Positions 12,501 through 24,500 of a stretch of DNA of 64,000 nt are shown here, piece by piece. The stretch is from positions 392,769 to 456,768 of the forward strand of contig NMRA01000224.1 in the NCBI GenBank assembly GCA_002633005.1, written 5' to 3'. The notes below the pieces were generated by a model. The model was not told the DNA's origin and searched no databases. It saw nothing but the letters and a program-made list of their open reading frames with translations. The stretch comes from Phoronis australis. Taxonomy: Eukaryota > Animalia > Phoronida. How positions within the stretch are numbered: the stretch's first letter is position 1; each line of letters begins with the position of its first letter. A program made the position numbers and the translations under genes.

Positions 12501-15500
12501 TAGGAGCTATGGGCCTCGCCCTTCAGATCGTGTCTGATTGGTTGAAATTGTGTACTTAAGCTTTGTCTCTGTCAGACACGAGGAGTCCAGTCGCAGAGTT
12601 CAAGAAGCAAACATGTACACCTTCACTCACACCAAATTGCAACTGTTTGTGCAGCTTTCGGGCTCCTCCCGAACTTGGTTGCCAACAGTTTAGCCCCATG
12701 CAATTCTCGGGCTCCTCCCGAGCTTGATTGCATCTCACCTTTCGGATCTGAATAACCAAATTGCCCCGTTCTTGCACACACAACTATTAATCAGCGACTG
12801 GCTTGCCCGTGTATCAGAACTGTATAAATCACAACGCTGCGATACTAAATCATGGAACAACTGGATTGCTTGTAAGTGTGGAATATTGTAGTTATATATT
12901 CTTACAATAAACCTATGTATTATTCACCAACTTTTAGTTTTCAACATCACCCTCAGTCCGCACCGGGCTCGTAAAATCGGGGCGCCTTGGTCGTAGATAC
13001 CGCCCCCGTTACATTAGGAACATTTTATCCAAAATTTCTATCACAGTCATGGTTGTCACGAAAGTTCCAAGCCAATTAAAACTAACTTTACTGACTGATG
13101 AACCTTCGGACTTGCGAACATTTGGACCAATGATCATCAGATTTCAAACCTTGTAACATGAGGACCTTCGGACTAGTAGACCTCTGGATTCTCGACCTAT
13201 CTAAAGTCAATTTGATGCCAAGATATTGAAGTTCACTTCTCTTAGATAAATCTCGAACTGCACTATAATCATTAAATTCACTCTAATTAAGATATAATAC
13301 TCAAATTCTGGGTTGCGCGGGAACTTTTTCCTATTCTCACATAACGTGGAATGTGTTACGACACGACAGAGTGCGTAATTTTTTGATACATGTATTACAT
13401 GGGCGAATCACAATAGTGCAAAATGGACATCCATACGCCATACATTTTATCGTCTGCAAAACACTAAAACAACCTAACGCGCGCCAACCAAACAAGAGAA
13501 GGTGACAAAGTTATGATTGACAAATCGGGTGTCGTAACTGTACGTACTCGCAGTCGGAAGGACATACAAACAACTTCTTAAACGGACGCATTTTCGGCGA
13601 TGAATTCCATATCCATGTTCATTCAAACGGAGACGAGCCCTATTTCAAGAAACGCGGCAAGACTGTCTAGCTGTGCTGTCTCAAGATCAATTCAGTGCTC
13701 ACGCGCCAGGAAGCCTTGCTGACTCATTTATAAACATTTTTAAAGTTTTAATATTACAACTTCAAAGGCTACTTATTAGATTCTTACTTGAATATTTGCT
13801 ACGAAACAGGGTGCAATTTACTATTGCTAAGTTTAAAATAAAACTATTAACAAAAAGTAACCGAATTACTTTACATTGCGTACGCGTGTTTTTACAACAG
13901 TTGCGTCGTGTGGTTAGGAGTGGTTTTTCAGAAAAAAAGATCGTTTTTTAGGGTTCATGTGAGGAAACAAATCTTACACTCGTCTCAAATTTATGACATG
14001 GGCAAAACCTCTTAGAAATTTTGTCAAAATCCCTCGGCAAGCCTCGAGATTTTGACTGTCGGACGATTGACTGTTCTTTGGTTTGTTTAAAAGGTAGCTA
14101 TGCTTTGAGTTTGTGCTTAGATGGAGAGTGAATAATCAAATCCAGTAATTAATTAATTAGACAAATGAAACCTGTTGTTAATTAAGTCATCAACTACAAA
14201 GAAGAGTAACTACACTAGCGCCCTCCTTAAAGATTACCTCAGTCAATCAACCAAAATAATCAAATGTCTTATCAGCTATCTAAGCTAGGACTCTCCACTT
14301 GTTGGACTTCTATTGGTGAATCTTCGAACTACACAGCCTGTATAGCGACAGTGTACTTGCTGGTCACCGTGTCTGGTGATGCAACACTTGCAGGTAACTT
14401 TCTTCTGCCCACGATTCTTCTTGCTGGTCATAGTGTCTGGCTGGTGACGCAAAACTTCAGGTAGTCTCTTACTACCCAAAATGTAAGTGACAAGCTCTTA
14501 GTTAACTTCCTGTTCGTTAACCCTTGCCCTTGCCAAGATCCTTTCTACAATCTTCCACGAGATGGCTCTGTCGTACAATTTTCCCTGTACACTGTAGCAA
14601 CTCTTCATGCTTCAACTACTATAGCTCATCTGAAATTCTTTTTGACTTAAGCCCATATTATAATATTCTACTTATTTAGTGATTGGTTAATAAAAACCAC
14701 ATTATCATATCCAATCATATCATTGGCTGTTACAGTTTGTTTTCAGAATTTTCTAGAATCTCTAGAGCACTTTGACCCCAGAACCCAAAGTTGTAAACAC
14801 CATCTAAAAATAGATTTTGACGTTAAAGTACATGTCAACAAGTCTGAACCCATGATTTAAAAGTACATATGCACAAACTTTAGGCAACTTAAAATGCATC
14901 TATTCTAATTAATTATTTAATCAGTATTTATTCTGACATTGACGAAATTTTTAAGAGGTTTTGCACATGTCATAAACCTAAGACTCGTGTAGGATTCTCT
15001 ATTTACGTCACAAGAAGACAAGGCTTGACGGCGTGTTGTGGTTGACTGCTGGCCTGGGTTGTTCAATTTCATGCCAGTCAACTGCAGTAGCACTCTGTTT
15101 GACCTTGTCCTTCGGACACGACATGGATATTGTATTCACTTCATATGAATACATAAAAACAAAATTATAATCTTCCGTAAAGGAGGATATTTAAGAAATT
15201 ATGAAAAGTGGGACATATTCGGGGAAATTGTACCAACAACTTCAGAGTATAATTATTTAGGAATCAAGTTTACCCCCAAAGGGTGTGTTTACAAAGGCGC
15301 AGAAAAAAATTAGCTGATAAAGCAGGAAAGGCTATTTTTGTACTGAAAAAAAAAACACGCGCACACGGCTTAATACACTGACGTTCATGTGTAAGTGTGG
15401 TTAAAATTGTTTGATGAAAAAGTATTACCGATTATGTTGTATGGTTCTGAGATCTGTGGATTTCATCCTGCGGCACAAGACATTGACATAGAGCACAATA

Positions 15501-18500
15501 ATTTTTTAAGTTCCTATTGCAACGTAGAAAGCATATTCCAAACGTTTCGGTGAGAGAGAGTTTGGTAGAATCACGATGAAGGTACACTTATTATTGAGAA
15601 TTGTTAAATACTGGCTAGAGATTGTCAAAATGCCAAGCCATCCTCAGATCAGCGTATGCTATAATGTGCAATGTGAAATGGCTGAAGAAAACATGTGTTG
15701 ATGGGCTGTAGACGTCAAACGATTGTTAAATGCGGATGCTTTTGGAATTGTTTGGGCACATAGAGGCGTAGGCGATACTACCTCATTTATATGTGAATAT
15801 CAGCAACGTCGCTCTGACCTTGATATCCAGAATTGGAGAAACAATATCTTCCCTATCGTTAGATGTTTAAAAAGTGGCAAAATTGATTTTGTTTTTGAAA
15901 ACACATAACAAGCCTAGAAAGCAGTTCATTTAGAACAGCTTTCGCAAGATTTAGATGTTCAGCTTATTCTTTAATGATAGTTAAGGGAAGACATTTTGTC
16001 TTGATAGAGAGGAGAGAACAGGGCCCTGCTTCACTGGTGGAAAGGTGGAATCAGAAATACACTTTCTTCTCGAATGTAAATTATATTCTGATTTGCGCAT
16101 ATAGTTTGTACCTAGATTCAATAGAGTGGATGAAGCAGTATTCAGGGATCTCCACCTACAGACCCATGATTTAAGTAAGTTGAGAAAAAAGGCTAAATGT
16201 TTAATTATTGCTGAAAACGTCGAAACCAGTCTGTGATGTCAAGTGGTATTTTTTCAGATATCCTGTACTCTCTGCCTATTTACGTGAAATACACATTTAC
16301 ATGTCAATACGCAAGAGTGGAATATTGGAAAACTGGTTCTAGAACTCCATCATGTGGCACATGGTTTACGGGGAAACCATCTCGAGACGTTTCCAGTGGG
16401 TGGCGGCCGGTGACTAAATACCTAGTAGCTCACGTTTTTAACCCTTATTAGTTGGTTAGAACTTGTTATAACGAAGCCGTCAGTACCTACAGGTTAATTC
16501 TAACGAAATATGTAGACAAAAATTCGCAAAAATCACCACTTGTCACGAACTGGAACCGAGTGATACTGCGCGAGTTTAGGTTGCCGCAAAGTCGGAAGTG
16601 AGATTCATTAAGGAACGATTGAATAACAAGGCCGACTATTCGACATGGCTGAGCGTATATTCCTGGGAGTAATTAACTCTGGTAAACAGCATAAACATAT
16701 CAAAGGACATGCAATATCGAAATGGTTAAGTAAAATTACTATTAATACTGAAAGAATATTCTAACAATTTGAAAATATACTGAAACTAAATTTAGACACG
16801 AAAAAACTAAGATACCGATGTACTCCGGCGACTTTGTTAGGCAGCTGACGGCCAACAATGAGCGACGGCCTATTTCTTATAGTATAGGCGGAATAACTTC
16901 AGAAAGAAAACTTGGTATGGTGCCAAACTGTATAATATTAATATTAATGAGTTTAAAGTAAAAGGATGAATTTACATTCAGCCTGAAGCATTCGTATTAA
17001 GAGCTTGTTCGCGAATGGACCAGGCAGAGGGTGATAAACGCTATGTCACAGATTCTCTTTATATTTTGTCTGTGAGATGACACTGACCCCACTGACTCCA
17101 GACCACCTTTATTTTTTTTCAAAACGCCCCCTTTTGGTTTCCATGGATACTATTTGTTTCCGACAAGTTTTCAGCCTGGCGGCACTTAAGTTTTAGTAAA
17201 ATTCCGACAGTTAAGTTACGCAGTGGAAGTAACGTTGAAATATTGAACCTGTGTTATTGATCAGGTGTGACCTTCGTCTACTTTATTCATGAAAATTTAA
17301 AAGATTTCGATAATTTTTTGTCTGTTTTTAGAGCCGCATAAGATGAGTACTTTTAGTGATTTTGGAAACTNATAAACTACAGTTCAAAACACTACCCCTG
17401 TTTGCGTTTTCTATCGCGAAATTTTTATTTTTAGACAACAGAAGTATCCACTGTAAAGTTTTGTCACGTTTCAAAACATTTTTGTCTAATAATGGAAAAT
17501 TAAAGTCAATTTAGCAAGTGATTATTTTCCCGGCAAAATGACATTTGGCAACTGACGGGAAAACGGAACTTCGCCGGTTGTCTCCGTAGTACAGGTGAGG
17601 AGGGCACTATTTTGAGATAAAATGTTTTTGATTGTTGAAGCTCTGACGTATGTGGTGTTTTTCTCACTTTACACTTTTAACGAGCAGTAAGGCCGGTGCT
17701 GAATAGCTACCAAGATATGACGTAGCAATTAAGCTGCGGGTAGTCACGCTGGTACTTTGCATCAGTTTCACGATATGGCGACAAAGACGAGAAATTTGCC
17801 GATCTAAAAAGGATTTTCCTCTAATTTATTAACAGAAAAGGTACTGTTGCTTAAATTTGACGCGCCCTCTCCACGTCACGAGTTAGGGCAACTCGGAGTA
17901 TTTGGCTGCGGGAGACCGATGCGACGTATTCACAAACTTATAACTGCATTAAATATCACTCGTCATATGCAACGAACAGATAAATTTTGGACAATAGATA
18001 ATCAAATTTGTATAAAAAGAACCAAAAACAATGTACAAACAAAATAACAATGTTTTTACGCTCACTGAGATATCAATACGTCTTCTAGGACAACATCCAC
18101 CATTTAGGAATCGTCCCTTAACTGATGCACAAGGTCACAAAACTATAAGGAATAGCTGATGATTTCCCGATTTCGGCCGAGATACAAAACTGTGCTCAAA
18201 AAGGCCTTTAGTTTGATAACAGAAAAGATATAAACATCATGCCGTGTTACGTATTACTTAATTTGGTATATACTTTCAAGTTTTTAAACTAGAGTACCCT
18301 TTGAGATAAAGACTTTAAGTCAGAGGATTCGAATTACGGTAGTTTTTTGAGATTGTCTGAGATTAAAACCATTGGGGGAATTCATGATCGTTCAGAGGGA
18401 ATGTTTTGGCCGGATGAGGGTAATTTCATGAGATTTTCAGAGGGGAAAGAGGCCGATATCGGTTTTTGGACTAATGAACAATATAGTGTTGTATCAAATC

Positions 18501-21500
18501 TGACATGCGGAAGTACCTTTCGCGCGCCCATTACTCTAGAGAGCGCCAATATGAAAAGCCCGCTATTCCGCTAGAAGGAAACCAGTTTCGCAATGATAGG
18601 CACTGTGACGGAGAATTTCTAATAAACCACAACATGACGTCAACATGAATCTAACCCCACTGTCATAAATTTGGGTCTTTTCCAAAGATTACCCCCCTCG
18701 AGTGATGACGTAATATGTGAACGCTCCCTAAAAACATCGCGTAAGTAAGTCAATTTTCAACATACATGTACTAAACAATAAATCGTTGTTAGTTATGATA
18801 TACGTTCCACTTATTAGATATTGTCAAGCTTACATTCACTGGAATTGCAAATAATGGATAGCACTTTCAAGAAACACATTCGTACTACCAGGAAGAGATC
18901 AAACCATAACCCTGAGATGTTCAGCGGCAGATGGAAAGGGGGCGACCTGGTAGCGTTGGATTCAGAACCCAAAGAGAGCGTTGCTGAGGTCAAATTCCAG
19001 GACGCTAGGGTGTTGCTGAGATCTAAAAGCCAGGTGCCTCCGGTCGGAGCTGAACCCAGGTTGCATTCGGCCAACAGGCAATTACCATTTGGCAAGTGGC
19101 TTAGAGAGGCTTTATCTGACTGCACATGTCCTCACAACCAGAAGTCACGTTTCACAACACTACTCCCCTTCTGCGGAACAGGCGCTCCCCGGCTTTTAGA
19201 TCTCAGCAACACCCTAGCGTCCTGGAATTTGACCTCAGCAACGTTCTCTTTGTGTTCTGAATCCAACACTACCAGGTCGCTCCCTCTCCATCCGCCGCTG
19301 TACATCTCAGGGTTAATCGTGGATTTTTCCTTAGTTTGGCGCATATGTAGAAAATTTATCTCTTCCTTTTACTACTAGCGACACTAAAACTGAGAATAAA
19401 GAACTTTCTTACTTTCATTTCACCTGGGTACCAAGATTTTTAAAATACATTTCAATTAGTTTCTTACCATATATGCATGTCTTGCGTCCACTGGTTTTCA
19501 ATTTCAATAAAATCTAACAAGCCTTTTTTGAAAATTTTGGAGGCTCGACTGCTTAGACCCATTCTAGTATTGGTAAACAGTGATGATGATTCGGGCACTG
19601 GACCCCCTGCCGCCATGAAAAATCTTACACGAAGACCTTGACTACAAACTGATCAGCTTTTAAATGAGTAGCAGACTCAATATTTCTAAAATAGCAAACT
19701 TCATAGGACGACCTAAAATAGCACAATTTTGGATATCATTGTTTTACCTCAAGTTTTGAGTGAACCATTTGTTTTGGTTTTTGAAATGTTTACACGTGAA
19801 AACACCATGAGGTAAAGGGGTTCACTGATTGGTTCATCTGAACGATAAGTCAGCGGCGGTGAACATTACCAACAATGTACAATGTATCAATCATTGAACG
19901 CCATTCGCTCCATGATGTAGTCATGTGTAATTTTGAAACCTTCCTGAACGTACGCGTGTTTTAGAACCAAAGTTTGACTCCCAAACATGAACCAAAATGA
20001 AGTTTTTGACGATCGTACCGCAAAGGCTTTAAGGACTAATCCTGCTAAAATAGCGAAATGCTTACTAGTGCGAGTCGAATCATCGCTGACATGTAAGGAA
20101 GTGTTGCTCCTCCAACCCCTTTTGCTGGTAATGACTTTAACACTGTGCGCGGTTGCCGGCACGAGTCCCGTACAGTTGGCCGTTGCGACGTTAGCGGGCA
20201 CATGGACTTCAACGACGTGATTGGCTTTGCATTGTAATGTGTACCTGTCTTTGTCGCCGTCTGCATGCTGCCACGTCACCATCAGAACAGTGTCGGTACG
20301 GAGGATTATTGTAACCGAATGTGCTGCTGCTAAGGCTGTGAGTGCGATTCGTTAAAGAGAGACGTCACAGGCTTATTTCATGTAACAGGCCTCCGGTTCA
20401 AATTACAAAAATACATGTAAGTACATGTAAAAATCCTAGAATATCACAACAAAAAAAATTATTCTATTTCAGTACGATCAATTCCAGTACCTTCACCCAA
20501 TCTCACTTCATTCAAACCCATGTCTTCTTCACCAAAAGTAATAATTTTGATAAAAACAGCTGTGTACAGTGTCATTCGACTTACAGAAGAGATTAAACGG
20601 TTCAACATGGACATGGAGCTGTGAAGAAAAAACTGTCTCAACGTAGACGTACAGACATTTCTAAGACTGTCATACCACTGTCTGCGTAATGCATGGCGAC
20701 TTGTTTTCTTTCTTACCTTTCACCAAGTTTGAAACTTAGGCAGGGTTTAGTAGCTCTCTTGCGGCTAGAAAAATCTAGCTAAAATCATGAAAATACATGG
20801 CAATATTTCGCGTAATCTCGCGAAGTGTAGCTTTTCTAGCGAGGTCTCAGCGAGAGGTACTAGCCTTACTGAACTCTAGCTTCTTTTTTCATTTTTGTCC
20901 AGAGCTGCGCCTAGTAATGGTTTGGTTAGTGGCTCAAATCTATAGGTTATTGGGCTTAAAGAATAACCCGGTGCTCAGTGCATAGGAACACGAATGGCAT
21001 TAATTAGAGGTGAAGGTCTGTGACGTCACTTTATTCCTACGTATTTGTGACAACGTACCTCTCGGAAAGAGTTTCATTTGCTTACCAGTTTTTGTAGATT
21101 CAGAAGTTAAGTTAGGCGTAAACGCGTCTCTCCAGCCAAGCTTCCGAGACGTTATTCTAACAGTGTACCAACTGCCTGGCGTAAGGCCAACACACGTGGC
21201 CCTTCGAACGCCCCTCTTCACTACAGCCATGTTTCCAATCGCGTTTCCTTCGGCCATGCATTGCACCAAGTAGTTCTCTTTATCCCCGAACGCTTCTGTC
21301 CATCTGACTTCAAGACCATCCACTCCTTTTGGAGTAACCGAGGTAATAGTTGCTCTAGTCAACTCTGCAAACATCCAACCTTATTCACAAAAATTGTCCA
21401 TTTTTACAATATTTCACTTGTATTTAGCAAAATACCTTATCTTCATTCTCAGGGAACTTCTAATACAAAATATATACCACGTGGCGAGAAAAAAAGATTT

Positions 21501-24500
21501 AGCAGAACCACCTTGGAACCGCACAACCGCGTGAATATTTGTATACTACTTATCCAAGGTCAAAGGTTAAAGGGCTTTCAACTAAATCGAATCTCCCGCC
21601 AGGTACAGAACAGCTTCGTATACCCTCGGTCCTTTCATTCACAAAGTTGCCATAACATTGAACCAACGAGGTGTACTTATGATAGAATGGTTCCGGGGAA
21701 AACGAAGACAAAACGTAGTTTTGATCCTAAGGGAGTTGTGCGTCTACATGCATACGACCGTTGGCGTTGAAAACGAATGCTACGAGTCGCCTCAGGCTTC
21801 TTTGGTCACGAACATAGAAAGTTGTGAAAAGAGATAAATCTTCACCCTAATTCCTTATTTCAATTAATAAGTTGACATTTCGATGTTTCAATCTCATGCT
21901 AACGACATACTTTAACCACCGATTAGATTATTGTAATCCATTTCTTTTTTTAGAATTTGATTCAATATAATAGGTGCAGTACAGATCACACAATTACAGA
22001 TGCTTTTTGTTCTATTCAAGGAACAGTTAAGGTGTTAACTTACAGTGCTAATATGTACAAAGGTAATTTGACAATGGAGGAAAGATAAACATAGTTGAGG
22101 CTAGGATTCCTTAGACTACGCCAACAAGGTCAAGACCTTGCCAGCGCTCTATAAATTCACAGCACTTCATTTTGTTTATATATATAAATCGTTCAGTAGA
22201 AATGTAGAAAGCAACTTCCTTTTTAAACATTGCAAGGCACGGATGTTTGCACTTCAATCTTTGTTCATAAATGTGGTATTTTCCGTGGGAAAGAATCATA
22301 CTTTGTAAAACTGCCTTCACCTGAACACCAAACAGAACTGATTTTACAGACAGTTCTAAATTAATTACAACAGCATCTTCGAGCCAGTTATTTACATTAT
22401 TCCAAAACTGCTGAGTTTCGCTACAAGATCAGTACACATGGACAATAGATTCAATTTCACTTAAGCAAAAAGTGCACAATGAGCTATCAATTACGCCAAT
22501 CTTGTATAAAAATTCATTACAGCCTATGATTCCGTGAATCAGCCTAAACTGGAACCATCTCAGAGAAGCATCTTCTGTGAATGAATAGATGTAAAAAAAA
22601 AACATTGTGTAATCCATTTCTTACTTGGTTTCGTATCAGACTCCCACCACGTGACGTGTACAGGCTATGAACTTTGACCTACTTAGAAAGTAAGGCATAA
22701 ACAACAATAAAAAATGGCTGGGAACAATACATTTATTTGAAGTTTTAATGACAATTAAGTTAGTTACGCAAAGCAAAATCAATTGACATTGCGAGTGAAC
22801 GTTGAAATAGCTAACATAATTAAGGAGAACAAGTTTTCACGGGAATAATTAACCGAAGATTTTGAGATTTTCACTTGTCCCAGTTTAATCGGCAAAATCG
22901 GCTTTATCTGAACTTAGGAACAATAGTTCTCAAAAACGGCTAAATGGATTTTGTTGAAACCTTCCAAACTTAATATTTAGTCATCAATCTCAATAACGCT
23001 GTTAGGATTTTTGATATAAAGACCTAGTTTTTGCGTAATGTGACAAACATGAATACGACTTCAATTTGTACAAAAATACCTTACGTTTTACGAGTTGATT
23101 TGTCATAGAAACCAAACAAACAGACTGATCGAAAATTCCTAACGGCATTTTTGAGGTAACTGGTGAGGTTTTCATTTAAAAAAGGTTTCAGGGGTTCTTT
23201 TGCTATGAATGTACCTTTCTTAAAAATGAAATTCTGACTTAAAAAGGTTTTTACATGAAATAATAATGGCCCATAAATACAAAAAGTATATTTATATTTC
23301 CTGGTCTTTGTTCTTTCATAAAATATATACTTTTACAAGTTGACAAAGCTTAGTTTTTTGATATCAAGTTAGAACGGAGGCCACTAAATAAGGTTGGAGA
23401 TAACAAAAACGTCTAAATGTAGCAGGAACACGAGAGCGACCTCTAACCGATGCAACAACGGCTTAATGGATTTCGTTGAAACCTTCCAAACTTAATATTT
23501 AGTCATCAATCGCAATAACGCTGTTAGGATTTTTGATTTAAAGGCCTGGTTTTTGCGTAATGTGACAAACACGAATACGACTTCAATTTGGACAAAAATA
23601 CCTTACGTTTTACGAGTTGATTTGTCATAGAAACCAAACAAACAGACTGATCGAAAATTCCTAACAGCATTTTTGAGGTAACTGGTGAAGTTTTCATTTA
23701 AAAAAGGTTTCAGGAGTTCTTTTGCTATGAATGTACCTTTCTTAAAACTGAAATTTTGACTTAAAAAGGTTTTTACATGAAATAATAATGGCCCATAAAT
23801 ACAAAAAGTATATTTATATTTCCTGGTCTTTGTTCTTTCAGAAAATATATACTTTTACAAGTTGACAAAGCTTAGTTTTTTGATATACAAGTTAGAATGG
23901 AGGCCACTAAATAAGGTTGGAGATAACAAAAACGTCTAAATGTAGCAGGAACACGAGAGCGACCTCTAGCCGATGCAGCATCAAGTTTTGTAGGGGGAGA
24001 CGTGGCGAAATGACAAAATGCTTACAAACATAGCTTTATTATTTTTGTACTAAACACAGATGAGTTGTAATTTTAAGGCATGTTAACTACACATGATTTA
24101 TAAAACAAAACATTACAAATTGTCACCGGTTTTAAATCCGCCCTCAGAGGCGGACGGAATGCTTTTGTTATCCACCTGAAGCGATACCAAAAGGTAACCT
24201 TCGGTAACGATGCCTTCCATTACGGAAGGTTAATGTTTCACTTTATCATACTATGAATTCTGCCTTTCATTCAGTGGGAAGTTGACGATAATGACAGTCG
24301 TCAAAGTTCGCCTAATGCCTCTTGGAATAGCAAAGCCTACTGAGTAATCTTTAGTCATTACTGTTCCGAGGAAAGTTTTAACTATCATTGGTTTGCTGAA
24401 AAATCTCTCAGGTCAATTTGCCACAGACACATTACCCCAAATTTTCGTGTAAAATAACGTTTTAAGGACAATCTCTTCTATTCAGTTTAGTTAAAATCGG

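Noticed and set aside
18814-19378. Overlapping ORFs with duplicated peptide as genes
   Set aside because: Explained by the inverted duplication; no recognisable domain.
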